From Vicugna vicugna (Eukaryota): 64,000 nucleotides of DNA. The stretch lies in assembly GCA_013265495.1 (NCBI GenBank), contig MU058636.1, positions 9,046,239 to 9,110,238 of the forward strand. Direction: 5' to 3'. Both the position numbers and the translations under genes were made by a program. Position 1 is the stretch's first letter. The number at the start of each line of letters is the position of its first letter. Below, one piece after another: positions 14,831 through 27,900 of the stretch. The notes under the pieces were generated by a model. That model was not told the DNA's origin. It was given only the letters and a program-made list of their open reading frames with translations, and searched no databases.

Positions 14831-17584
14831 ACTTACATTTGTATCCAGGGACAATACTCAAAATACTGATTTATATATCCATAAAGTGATCTATATAATA
14901 ATTTACATCATTGTCAATTGTAAAATTATATATATACATAATTATGAATGTGAATATATATATTCATGAATATAATTACTTACCAAGTGATGTAAGTGAC
15001 AGCACAATTAATAACAGCATAGTATAAGAAGGTTGTTAATATACTATGCAGTATAACATAGTATATAAATATTTATATTATTATATAAATAAATATTTTA
15101 TATAAAGATAAGAAGTGCTTACAATATAATGTTATAGTACACATTACTCAGCAGATCACTAATTTAAAATCTTTTGTTTTGATGTCATCTTTTATTTAAC
15201 ACAGCTTTCACAAACTAAAGGATACCTTCCCCGGGCCATGATTTGACACAGGAACAACCCCTTCCGATGACTTTGCCCTCAGATTGGTCATTATTCAATG
15301 ATTTGTGTCCTTAATTGTTAGAAAATAGCTCTCAGCATCAGTGGTGTTGTTTATGTATATTCCTGTCTCCTTGTCCAGGACTTAGTCTCCACATGGCACT
15401 TTGTAGGAGGTCAGCAAATATTTATGGGATGAAGTTGTGAATAAATATCGACGGTAAATACTTACTGGTTTCGATTTTCTCTTAAGGTTGTATGTGGAGT
15501 ATCTTTGGAAGCCAGGAGAAGAATCTAAGGGAAAATAGAATAGTCTTACCAGTTGGAAAGAATGGAAAATAAGAGCTTGTCTCTTCTAGCTAGCTTTCAA
15601 ACACACACAGGTGCATATGAACATATACTTTCCCAATATTCTTTGCGTCGGCTTTCATGGTGACATCAAACTCTTTGTCTTCCTTGTTATAAGATGGGTT
15701 TCCTCTTCTTATGTGTATATGCCTGAATGTTTCTAGGTTAGAAGTTTAGCTTTTAGACATTTCAGTTTTATAGATGCTGTAATTTCTTTGACTTAGTTAT
15801 TATAAAAAGCATGCTGAATCTTACTGATTTATGGTCTAGACAACACTGAGAATTGGATGAACTTATACTCTTAATAGACTCACTTCACTCCCGTTTTCCT
15901 ACATCATTTTGACAGAGCCAAGAAAACTCACCATTTCCCCTCCCTATTCCCATCTCTACCTCAAGTATGTACGTGGGGAAAGTCAATATCCATAAGAAAA
16001 TGTACAAAGTCAATTCAGTGATACCCGACATCTGTTTCATTTAATTTGGGCAAAAAGTAGGACTGTAAAGGATAAAGTAGATTAGCAAAACATTTTACAG
16101 CAGAGATTCTTCTAAATAAATGTTGTTGCTAAGTGATGTGATAAAGGTGGCTAGAAATAAATGAGTCTCTGTTTTACCTGCTTGATTAAATATTCACTAT
16201 ATGAATTTATACAGTGATTGTGGTGAAGACCTTGTTTACAGGGCCTTTCAAATTGTAGAAACAATACAGCATTTGATTTTGAGATTTCAGAGAAAGGATT
16301 GTCTTTTAAATAGAAGAGTCAATTTTTTAATGTGTTGATCAAGTCACCAGTTTATTACACTCATGTAGACACAGTTTTTCAGTCTTATGACTTATTTAAA
16401 AATTAAAAATAATTTTCAAATTTGAAAGCAATTTTCCATGAAAAGACTGAAATGAATTGAGTCCATTCACAATTATAAAAACATGGATTAAAAAGAGCAT
16501 AGAATCTACCAAGACCACTTAATACAGGTTCTTCCATATCCTTATTTCTTCCTTAGGGATAATATACACAGATAGACCCCTTCTAGTATTTTAATGATGA
16601 TTTACTATCTTTATTAAGTAGAATTCAGAAAGCATTTTATATACATTTCTATTTTTAGCCCATCAGTTACTTTGAGACACACACACACACGCTCACACAC
16701 ACAGACTTCTCCTGTGGGACCCTAGGATGTCACTATTTGGTAACCAGTTTTACACCTTAGTAAGTTAATAACATTTTCCTGCTACCAGTTCCAAAATTGG
16801 CCTCTTAAGCTATACTATGAAAAGAGGCTGAAGATACTTCATTACCTTCTGAATTACTCCTGAATGGTAATTTGATTTGGCATTTAATTCTCACAACAGT
16901 GAGGTGTCTATATCAGATGCAATGTCTCTGTCATCCTCATTTCTTTTACTGGTAGGTCTAGCCCTTCAATCATCTAAACATCTTTAAAACATTTTTGGAC
17001 CCATCTGCGTTCTCTTTTCCAGGCTAACAGGTGGAATCAAGCTGCAGTCTTGCTGTTTTTAAGAGCTGATGAGACCAAGACCCCCCTTAGCATTCCTTTT
17101 CCCTTTTTAGTATTAATGGAAAGAAAGTATGGTTTATAATGATCTTTTGAACTTTGAATTCCTGGCATTCTTCTTCAGAGCATCTGCTAGCTCAGAAGTC
17201 ATTTTACATTGATAAGCTGTACGTAACAGAGTTTCTTTAGTATTTGCTGATATCTCTTATTTTACCAGTCTCTCTTTCCTTCACTATAAAAATTTACACT
17301 AATACATTTAAGAGATAAGTCTATTACATCTAATAGACAATTATCTGTTAATTACATAGCCTCAATTTTGAATGTAGCCATCATTGCAAAATTTATGGTG
17401 GCAGGTTGGTAGCAGGCCTGCAGATAGAAGAGATGGGGAACTGTTACACTTTGTACATAACCAGCAATTTACCCCTAGCTAGCATACTGGATTATCCAAA
17501 GAGCAATCAGTGATTTTTATTATCCCCATTTTACTTATGAAGAGAGTGAGACTCAAAGAATTGAAATGAATTTCTCAGAGTTAC

Positions 17585-18047
17585 TGTATTCACTTCTTAT
17601 TGCTGGATAACAAATTATCAGAAACTTAGTGACTTAAAACAACACAAAATTTATTATTTTATGGTGTGGAGATCAGAGTTTTAATATGGGTCTGACTAGG
17701 TTAAAATCAAGGCATTGGCAGAGCTGTGTTTCCAGTTCTTAGAGCCTGCCTGCATGCCTTGGCTTGTGGCCCTGTCTTCCCTCTTCAAAGCTAGCCGTGT
17801 AGCGTCTTCAAAAATCTCTCTAATGCTGACCTTCTGCTTCACACTTTCACTTAAGAGGACCCTTGTGATTATACTGTGCTCATCCAGATAATCTAGGATA
17901 ATCTTTCTATCTCACAGTCAACTCATTAGCAATCTTAATCAGTATGCAATCTCAATTCCCCATTTGCCGTGTAAAGGAAAATATTCACGGATTCCCCAGG
18001 GTTTAGGATGAGGACATCTTTGAGGGGCCATTATTCTGCCTATCAAA
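17585..18047 (-). mobile_element. MaLR solo LTR, MLT1D-like, nested in a MIR
   Basis: The ends tgtattcacttcttattgctggataacaaattatcagaaacttagtgacttaaaacaacac and ggacatctttgaggggccattattctgcctatca resemble recalled MLT1 termini. MIR-like sequence lies at 17520-17584 and probably resumes after 18048. Confidence 0.85.
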
Positions 18048-20029
18048 GTAATCCTCTTTATAGGGAATAAACCAAGTGATGAGTCAAGTCCAGGTTTGTC
18101 CACATGTTGGTAGAATTCAAGAGACTCAAGACAGGTCCTTCTATGCAAAAATGTCTCACCCACTGCCTGCCATAATACCTGAAATCCATCATTAGACTCA
18201 GTTTCTTCGAGGTTCATATGTAAAAGTCATCAAGAATCCCCCAAGTAAAATTCAGACATCACAAGTCCTCAGGAGAAGATTTGTCAGCAGTTTACTGAAT
18301 ACAATGAGTATTTCAGGGGCAGGAAGGAAGGGAAAAGCATAGCAAAGAAGGTCATTAAAAGGGGAAGCATAACGAGGCCAGTTTTCTCCCCAGCCCGTTG
18401 TATCATTTGGCCCAGAGCTAGTCTCAGTGGCAGGATTTCCCCCTTACTTAGCGATACGAGGCATGTACAAACAGCGTTGTAATTTTTCTTTGATGTATTT
18501 TCTATTTTCTTAATCCTTATTTACTACTATCCTGTTGATACTTGACAATTCAACTCCAAAGAAAAATCAATTGGCCCGCTGTCAACTAGAATGGAGATGG
18601 ATTTGTCTAGAGAGATTGACACTGAATGTAGTCAATTTAATTGGACAAAATTTTGTTGAATTCTTGGTATGTGCAAGCCACAGGGCTTAAACATGTAGGA
18701 CATACATGTGCTCGAGCAGATACTAATTGCACCTCTATTCTGGGTAGACGCCGACATACAAAAGCTTTAATTCCACATGAATTGAAGAAAGTTGTCTGAA
18801 TCACATCCTATAAACTTAGATATCTGGAGTGTCCCATGTACCCAGGCAGGACTTCTGAGGCTGCTTTGGACCAGAGTAAAGGTAGATCTGCAGCTCACAG
18901 CCTAAGGGGCAAAAAGCTTAAGTCTTCAGTACAAATGAATTAGATTGAATTGAAGATTCTGCACAGTGTTTTGCAAATACTTTATGAGGCAAATGACAGA
19001 CACTAAAGAAACCAGAATTGAGCAATCTGGTTCAAAAGGGAGAGAGAAAGACTGAGTCTAGACATCATGGGGCCCTTTGACTTCCCTAGGATGCGGGGGG
19101 AGATGTTAGGGTGCCCAGAGGGTTGGGGTCCAAAAGGAGGAGTCCTATTTCTAAGATGTATTATTACTCGCCTCAACATGGATCTGGTATTAACTCAGGG
19201 TATCCTAAAATGTGGAAGTAAACAGATATTTCTGTTCATGAATTTGATGAAAAAAGACACTATGACTATAAAGTAATTGTGTGTTTGGTAGGTCCAGAAG
19301 AAAAAAAAAAACTCATATTGGCTGGCAGTGCATTGAAGTTAAAGTCCAGAACTTGAGGAAAGTGAGACAAACTAAGACATCAGAGGGAAGGGAGCCCAGA
19401 TAGGGGACCGGGAAGGTGACAGAGAGCAACCAGCAGGACAGGAGCAGCCCTGGATGAAGACAGTGGACCAGAAGGAGAGCAGGGGTGGCCGAGGTCGCCC
19501 CCTGGGGTAGGGAAGTGGCATGAGCCACACAGCGGGATCGTCAGCGGGGGCATTTGTTGTGGGACCACTGCAAGCTGATCCTTTATGTAGAACAGCCCCA
19601 TTCCCCGTGCCAGACCAAGGATGGGTGAATTACAGATGACAGCAGCTGGTGCTGATCCAAAAGGCAGGTTAACAACAGATTTTATGAGAAAGAGTAATTG
19701 GCCAACCTATGCATATTCAAGCAATAAAATATCAACAGATTCTGAAGCCGTGGAGGAAAAAAGTATTAACTTTGTAATAACTCGTTTCTGAGATGAGTCT
19801 AACTCTGGATACCATTTTAGCACTGATGAATCCAGTCATTTGCCAGATTTTATTCTAAGTAATAATAAACTAAGTAGTATTTACCTTTGCATTTTAGTGG
19901 AATAAATACAGGCTCATTATCTTCTTGAGGTACTAAAAAAATACCAGTGCCAGAAAATAAAGCCCTGAAAATACCAAGTTTGAAGACGATGACAGTTTCC
20001 ATCCTTCTTGAATACCACCTGTGACTTAG

Positions 20030-20215
20030 AATAAGTTCTCAGCCCCAGCCAGGAATCAGAATCGCCCGGGGAGTTTTTAAAAGTCCTGAAGCCCAAGCCA
20101 GCCCCAGAAATTTGAATCTCTGGAACTGGGACACAAACATTTGGCTGTTTTTTTTTTTTTTTAAACTCCTCAAGTAATTTTAATATGCAGCCAAGATTGA
20201 GAAACACTGACTTAG
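20030..20215. mobile_element. MER5-family hAT-Charlie MITE
   Basis: ttctcagccccagccaggaatcagaatcgcccggggagtttttaaaa...gtaattttaatatgcagccaagattgagaaacactg. Confidence 0.75.
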
Positions 20216-20309
20216 AGAAAATAAGTTCTAAATCCTGCCTGGAATTCTGACCTCTTTTTTTTTTTTTAACACTGATTTAACTGACTAAGCTGAGTCTATA
20301 TTGCTTGAG

Positions 20310-20472
20310 AAGCAGTTCTCAAATTTTAGCATGTATCAAAATAACCTGTAGGACTTGCTAAAACACAAATTAAAAGGCCCCACCTCCAGGGTATCTGATT
20401 CAGGAGATCTGGGGTGGGGCTCAGGCAATGCCAGGGCTACTGACATTGGAAGCACATTTTGAGAACCTCTGT
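20310..20472. mobile_element. MER5A-like hAT-Charlie MITE
   Basis: cagttctcaaattttagcatgtatcaaaataacctg...ggccccacctccagggtatctgattcaggagatctggggtggggc...acattttgagaacctctg. Confidence 0.8.
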
Positions 20473-21274
20473 TTTGAAAAGATGATGCAAAGATAATCGA
20501 GCAGGGTTTACATATGGTAATATTTTTCCAGCCTACTGCTTGTCTGTTTGACCTTGGAGATTCAATCTATGACCCAGAATTAGTATCAAACATGAGATTT
20601 CAAAAATTTAATGTTACTCATTTCTGACAGTCTGTTGAAGAGGTCTGCAAAAAAAAAAAAAAAGTTTTGCTGAATGTTGAAAATTTAAGCTTTGAAGTAT
20701 TTAAAACCCAGCTGGAGATGCCTGTGGGGGTGTGCTGCAGTCAGCGTGTTTATTCATCTTAAATCTGTTAATATCTGTGTCTGGCACATAGTAAGCAAGC
20801 AGAGCTTGTTAACACATGCATACGTTTTTCATTTTGTCAAACATAAGAAGAAATTTTTGACAAAACTACTTATATAGAGAAAATTTCCTTCGTTAGCATT
20901 TTGTGACTTGAGGTGAGGGACGGAGAGAAAGATCTTTTGGTTGAAAAGATGTGGAAAGGGTTTTTAGGATCCTTGCTCTGTGTGTGGTGTGACATAATCG
21001 CCCCTTCATGATCTCCTGAAGAAAATTTCCATGATAGCTAATATCTATTGAACTCTTTCTATGTCTATTCCTTCTCAACCAAGGTCTCATGAAAGAATTA
21101 ATCCCCAGTGCCTGAAAGCATCTATTGTATGACAAGAATTGACTTCCTTAGCACGCGTCTAGCGTGGCACGAGCTATGTACCACCCTGACAGAATTGGGA
21201 AAATAATTATTCCGATCATTATCTGTAGGGCTGGAATCTAGGAATTGCTCCAAGCCCTTTGTAGCTAATAGCCG

Positions 21275-21450
21275 ATTTACTTCTCACAACCATCCTGTGA
21301 GGAGACCCCATTATTTGCTTCCATTTTCACAAGGTAAGAGACCGAGGTACAATTAACTAATTTGCCCAGATCAGATCATAAGTAGCAGAGGCAGGTTACA
21401 AGCCTAGCGCAGTCTGATGCTAGCACCTTGTTCTGATTCGCTCTGCTACA
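21275..21450 (-). mobile_element. MIR SINE
   Basis: ctcacaaccatcctgtgagg...ccattttcacaaggtaagagaccgaggtac...taatttgcccaga...agtagcagaggcagg. Confidence 0.7.
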
Positions 21451-21974
21451 CTGTCTTCATTACGGTTCTTATGTTTCTGGTGTTAGGCGTGTGTTTCTTT
21501 TCCATTTTCTCACTTGCTGAGTCGGATGACCCAGTACATCTATGCTTCAGACTTGCCCCTCAGAAGTCTTTGCCTTCCATCCTGTGTGTTAAAATTGTAT
21601 CTCTGACTAGCTGGGGATGGCAGTGGGAGGCACAGCAAGAAGGAATGGGAAGTCGGCTCTGCCTGTGGAAGGGAACGAACCTTGGCTTGAAATCTGCTAT
21701 GAGCCTTATGCAGTGTCACACTTCGTGCCCACTGGAACATTCTAAGAGAAAATATTTTATGGTTTAAAGACACGGCGACTCAGAAAAGTAAAGTAACTTA
21801 GCCAAGATCCCTCAGCCAGCATATGACAGAATCCACACTGAGGTAGCGCTTCAAACTGGGGGAAGTGGGTGCTGATCAGAGTTGTCATTTCAAGAACTCA
21901 AGATTTTTAAAACAATTTTTAATGTAAAATACAAATTATTCCCATAATAGTAGCATCATCACTCACTGGTGCCT

Positions 21975-22390
21975 GCCAGGGTTCTTTCTGTTGAAAGTGA
22001 TTGAACAAAACAACTGAAGTTTAAGTCAAAAATAAATGTTTTTGCTTATGTAATTAAAAGCCAGGAGAGGCTGACTTCAGGGGTGATTTTAGACCTAACA
22101 TCATGAGGGCCTGAGGTCTTTCGGTTTCTCAGTTTGGCTTGGCTCACCTTTGCTAGGTGGCTTCATCCCCCAAGGCCACATGGTGACAAGATGGCTGCAG
22201 CACTCCCATGTCACACCAACCACAGTCAAGTCCAATGGGATGAGCAAGCTTTTTGTAGCAGCAGTTCTCATGAAAATCAGAGATTTACCTTAATGGTACC
22301 AGCTAAGGCCATATGCTCTACCCATGAACCAGAAAGCGCTTTAGTGGACAGACCTGGGTGACCGGCTCCACGTCTGTAGCCATGGATGTT
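21975..22390 (-). mobile_element. Old MaLR LTR fragment (MLT1J/K/L-like)
   Basis: gggttctttctgttgaaagtga...tttaagtcaaaaataaatgtttttgcttatgtaattaaaagccagg and ccacatggtgacaagatggctgcagca are typical MLT1 motifs. Confidence 0.6.
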
Positions 22391-22589
22391 GCTGGGGAAA
22401 AAGAGTCTTGGAATAGATAGGTTTTCAGTGTAAGTTATACTTGTTTTGAAATATGCTTTTTAGGGAAGAAAAGAAAGAGATGAAGTTGCAACTAGGATTT
22501 GGGGGGAATTGTACATAACCCCCAGCATGTGTTATATTAGCCACAGCCAGTAATTGGGGTGTATAAATGGAAATGCAGACACATACACT

Positions 22590-24005
22590 CATTTATTGGT
22601 CATTTTTTTATTCATTAACTGTTTCCATCTGACAATTTTGTGTCCAGTACAATACCAGCTGTGGGGTTTAGAGCAATGAGTTAAATGTAAAGAATCATTG
22701 CTTTCATGGAAAAACAAACAATGGACAGGCAAACAGGTAAAATTTTTAAATGGTTATAGATTGTGAAGAGCGATCTAAAAATAGAAAGAAACAAACAGTG
22801 GGCGAGGTGGAGAATAATGGGAAGATGGGCCAGTGTAGGAGGTCTGTTGACTCTCCCAGCCAAGGCCAGGGAAGGCCCTTGTTAAGTTGCAGTCAAGCTG
22901 AGCCCTAATAGGTGAGAAGGATTTAGCCCCGGGGAAGACTTGGAAGAAAAGGAGCCACTCAGAAGGAACAATGCAGGCCATTTCTGCAAAAGCCTGAGGT
23001 CGAAAAGAGCCTCACTTCTTCAGAACTAACAGAAGACCGAGGCAGCTGAAGTCAGGGGAAGGAGAGGGAAGGTGGGCGGAAGCCAAGTCATCAGAGCTGT
23101 TAACCGTCTTAGGAACCGGGAACTCCATCTGAAATACAGTGGGGATCATGGAAGGTTTCTAAGCAACTAAAAGAATTAATCTAATTTACTTCTGCCGATC
23201 TCTAGAGAACTGATTTGGGTTGTTTCTTTTTTTTCCAAGCTCAAGTAATTGGATAAATGGCAAGGCTTTTTGCCCGCGTGGGGGAAGTGACTTGGGGAAA
23301 ATGAAAAGTTCTGCTTTCAACGCGTCAGGATGGAGATGTCTCTGGATGAGATGAGGCAGCAGGTGTGAAATTTCATATGGAACTCACTGAAGTCTGGGCC
23401 TGTTTTGAATGTAGGTTTTATAATTATTCAGATCTGGTGAGGCCAACAGACTAGGATGCCACTGCCCACTAGAAAGATAGCTTGTTCCTGACAGTCCCCA
23501 AGAGGAGGCGTACACCACGCCACATGGGGCCACACAGGGAACCACCGGGGTTGGTCAGGAGTCACAGGGAGCAAGGGGAGGAGACTTGACTCTTGTTCCC
23601 ACGAGCAAGGCAAAGTAGGGTGAGCAGGCTTAGGACTGGCTGGTTTCAAAATTTTCAGCAATCTCTGGGGTACAGAGACCATCTCTAGCTGCCTGGTGCC
23701 TGGATGACTGGGATGATTAGGGCAGAGGAATATTGCCCCCTGGAGTGTAAGGACCCTGTGGAGGAGTTGGCGCAGAGTGCATGCTGTGGACTGGCTGGTT
23801 TGCATATGAAAAGCACGTTGCTGGGAGCAAAGCCCCAGACTCCAGAACATCAAGAATACAGAAAATAAGAAAATATAGTTAATATAGGATTGGAGGCATG
23901 AATTTGTAAATGGCTCCTACCGTGGGTGCATGGGGAAGGAGTTGGTAAATAAAGGTTGAGAGTGGCTCACGATCCCAGATAACCCTGAGAAACACTGAAG
24001 AGTGC
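22590..24005 (-). mobile_element. L2 LINE fragment, interrupted by the LTR at 23401-23886
   Basis: ggccagggaaggccctt, gaaggaacaatgcaggcc...tgcaaaagcctgagg, catggaaggtttctaagca and gaagtctggg|LTR|ggattggaggcatgaatttg resemble the L2 consensus. Confidence 0.7.
23401..23886 (-). mobile_element. ERVL solo LTR, MER54/MER73/MER74 group, nested in an L2
   Basis: The termini tgttttgaatgtaggttttataattattcagatctggtgagg and catcaagaatacagaaaataagaaaatatagttaata match the recalled MER54/74 ends. Internal motif ggtttgcatatgaaa. Confidence 0.8.
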
Positions 24006-24019
24006 ATCCAAAAGAGAGG

Positions 24020-24155
24020 GGAAGGTGGGATAAGGTATAGCTCAGTGGTAGAGCACATGCCTAGCATGCACAAGGTCCTGGGTTCAATCCCCAGTACCTC
24101 CATTAAATAAAGAATTAAATAAATAAGCCTAATTACCACTACCCCCTCCCCCAAA
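24020..24155 (+). mobile_element. tRNA-derived SINE, Vic-1-like (camelid)
   Basis: ggtatagctcagtggtagagcacatgcctagcatgcacaaggtcctgggttcaatccccagtacctcc (A box and B box), then an aataaa-rich tail. Flanking direct repeat aaaagagagg at 24010-24019 and 24156-24165. Confidence 0.9.
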
Positions 24156-24794
24156 AAAAGAGAGGTGAGAAAACATTCTTTCTTTATTGTTTTTTTCCCC
24201 TGCACTTGTAAAGATTATGGCCATGGGAAACCTAGACAGAGAAATTACAGCTTCTTTCCTCACCCTACCCTGTTGCCCAAACTGTTTTTATGTGATGTTT
24301 TAGCATAGACGTGTGATTGTGGGAGGAAGAAATAAAAATATTTACCCATTATGCATATAATGAACTTCCAGCTGTTGCTGCACCTTAATCTGGAATCCGA
24401 TAGATGTTTCTAAAAGAGCTAAGTGGTAGTTCAGTTAATCGGTTAAGACTTCTGCCAAGTTGCTAGGTATTTTAATTAAAATGGTTGAAATGAAAGGTGA
24501 TGATTGTCAAGCCTGAGAAAATAAGGTTCTTTCCTGACTTTAATTAAGGCGCAAAGAAAGTATTGTTTTAACTCCCCAAAGCTTACTGGAGGCAGTTTTT
24601 ATGCTTTAGGTACAATTTCAGCTGTACTCACCCAGAAATTTTCATCTGCTGCACCAAAACACCTCTAAATCCTAGGTGTTCAGATTTTAGATTCAAGTCT
24701 AAAGGATAGAAAGCTTTACCATATCATGGATATAAGTAATTTAAAAAAAACCACTCTGTGTCAGGTATTGTTCTATTCATTTATTTAAGACGCA

Positions 24795-24843
<49 letters not shown>

Positions 24844-24916
24844 GAAAGAGAGAGAGAAAGAAAGAGAAAGGAAGGAAGGAAGGAAGGAAGGAAGGAAGGA
24901 AGGAAGGAAGGAAGGA
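24795..24916 (+). repeat. Compound (GAAA)n/(GA)n/(GGAA)n polypurine microsatellite
   Basis: About 120 nt of purines only, read directly from the sequence. Confidence 0.97.
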
Positions 24917-27900
24917 ATACAGATCAATGCTCTACTCTTCAAATGCATTTGAAAAATTTTCTTTTATAGATAAAATATTCCAGGCAGCGAGCACATTCAT
25001 TCACCATTTTATCTAGCACCTAGCATCGCCCTGGGCACACAGCAACCTGTCAATAAAATCTAGTGACTAAATGAGTGCACGGACGCCGAGTTCATCGCAA
25101 TGGCAGCAGTTATCGTCCGTGTGATGAGTGTGGCTACGTCCTCATGCTTCCTGAGCTCCATGGTCTTGCAGTATCTTTCTTTCTTCAGACCTGTTTTGCT
25201 TCTGCCAATAATATTTCATAATTTTATTATGTAATTTTAGTGATGGAAAAAGTGGAACCATTCACAACTATACAATTAATTATATTCCACTTTAATTATA
25301 ATTATCAGTTAATCCAAGCTTGTTACATGAGCATGGCGTATGTGCAGCCAGCTACACACCGGTAACATTGCCAAAAGTTTTCGCCAAGTCAGTTTAACCT
25401 TATAAATACATACTGGACGTGAGGTTGGCCCATATCTTGGACAAAGAAAATTAGGCAAGTAGAGGTTTAGGATATACTTAGATTCACACAGATAGTTAAT
25501 GGTACATTCAAGACTGGAAGACTCAGATGAGCTTAACTCTGGTGAACACATGATATTATAGATAATGCAGAGCATTGTATATTCTTTTTCTTTCTTTATA
25601 CTTTTCTACCTGGTGGTTTTCTGAGTCTCTGATAAGGACCAGGCAACATGTTGTCATTGTCAGGACTGCCAGTGTTAACCAGTTTTCACCAAACAAGATG
25701 AATGCTTTAGGAGTGAATATTCACTGAGTGTGAGCTTTCGTGGCCTCCACTTAGGTTATTTAGAAGATCACATAACAAAGGCTTTGTGTTTGAGATGGAA
25801 TATTCACAAAGACTTCCCACCCTATCATTTCCATGAATATGGTTTACAAGACACTAAGCTCATGAGATGTTCCATGAAGCTTCATAGTAAATTCTTTTTT
25901 TGGGAACTACTGTGTAGAGAGTCACTATAGTTTGAGAGTTCTGAACAAAAGAAACCTTTAACTCAGCACTTCCCATACTCTGTCTTGATCACAGACATTT
26001 TCTTTTGCAAGTAACACCAATTAGTGTGCCATAGGATTTGTCTTCCACGTAGGCACGCTGTGGGAGAGAATGATGAATTTTTGGTGCATGTGAAATTTCC
26101 CTTCTGGATTATTTTACTTTTAAGACAATATCGAGATAAGAACATGTATGTTCTTCTTGAAGTGTATTGCTACAAAACTGGCCAAAAAGATACTGTAATT
26201 TTGTCGCAGCCTTAGGAACAACTTAGCATGTAATTTCCATCATTGCAACATCACCTGGATTTTAGTTTTTTAAGTTTTTATTTTAATAATTATCACTAAA
26301 TTCTTGACCAAACTAGGAAATTGAGCTACTTTTATTTCTGGCATCTTCAGTCTTACTAAAGGACTTGGATTTAATTCTCACTCAACTTTTGTTACCCATG
26401 AATACTTCTTTAAAGATCCTGTAGTCATTTGCGGGGATGCGTTGGGATGAATATAGTATTGGGTTACATGGACTGACCTCGCTGTAGACCTTTGTACAAG
26501 TGTTAAATGTGGGCTTTATCATACACAGTAGTTCAATGTTTGTGGTCAAACCATGGCCAGTATGTTTCTTTCAAACATACATAATTATAGAATATTTAAA
26601 ATTTTGTTTCACATACTGAATTAGTAACATCAGGAGAAACAGTAATATTATCTGTGGCCTGGTAGTAAACATAAAGTATCATATGTTGGCTAACTATGGT
26701 TTCATCCAGATTTGTTAAATGATAAAACAGAGACCACTGTCAGACCAAAGCTACAAGCCTATGAAGTAGATAAGAGAGCAAAAACACTCTCTTTTCTTGT
26801 ACCATTATTAGCACAGTTGTTTAGGAGAGACGAGGGATGTGAACCCTGATGGCCAAGAATTTAGAAGCAGTGTTAGAGCACTGCCTTTGCTTCATGTTCA
26901 ATAAACCAAGAGTCCATGGTCACGTACCTCTCATGGTAGCCCTGGGTCTAGGTGCGGGGTGACGCTCTTTGCTAGAACTGCAATCTTATTTTCTGTTGGC
27001 CGGTCCCAGTATGCTTACGGTGCATTTGTTTAATGAATAAAGGGGAAGGGAGGTGGATTGTTATACATTTAACTTCTTTATGAATAATTTTTCTTTTTGT
27101 TTATAAAGTGATCCTCTCAACCATTATTCAGTAGTAAAAATGCAAACAGAATCTAAGGACTTCACATATGGAATATATACGGGGAAGGTGAACTTGGCAC
27201 CTTGGCAATTAATAAGGGCATTTACGTGCTTGATACAGGGATTTCTAAGAGCTTTTGCTTCTCCATCAGTGTGAATCCGTATCCCATTCTGGGAGAAAGG
27301 AATGCTGCGTTGCTGGAGAGTCTCATTAAGACTTGGCACTTTCTTGGAAAGAGTTGCAAGAACAAAGTAAAAGAATTATGTTTGATCTATTCCTCAGGCA
27401 GCTCACCCTCACTCCCCACCCTCCTCAAACCTATTATTTGCACCTATGTGATGTGAGATGTGTTCACAGCTTATTCTTACAAGTCTAAAGCACTTTTATT
27501 GACCTGTGATTTGTCATCTAGATAAGGCTCCTTGCCTTTATCTTATAGGTGCAGATAAGATGAGAAAAATAGCCAGAAATATTATTGTTTGTATATTAAA
27601 GGAGGGAAGGATCAAAGACACTATTCTCCTCTGGGTTTTTAAAGTGTAAAACCTAGCCAAGTCCACCAAAATGCCTATAAAATTATTCTTATGCAACTTA
27701 ATTTTCTCCAAGTTTTTCTTCTTCAGAGTCCTCATCTGTTATGAATATTGTCTAAACTAAAAGATCCATAATTTTCTTTTTGGATTTATTCATTTAAAGG
27801 AGTTAACAAGAAACTAATAAAAAAAATTGCCAAATCTCAGTGAAGATTCAGTATGGACTTGACAGTGAATCTGTAGAGAACATTGTCAAACGTGGTTTGG

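Noticed and set aside
14860..15150. Very AT-rich quasi-palindromic stretch (possible cruciform or MAR)
   Set aside because: Low-complexity TA-rich sequence produces short palindromes by chance, and no long perfect inverted repeat was seen.
24030..24101. tRNA gene (also 11107-11175 on the - strand)
   Set aside because: The tRNA-like head runs into a SINE body and AT-rich tail, and the 24 kb copy has a TSD. The two copies are diverged members of one SINE family.
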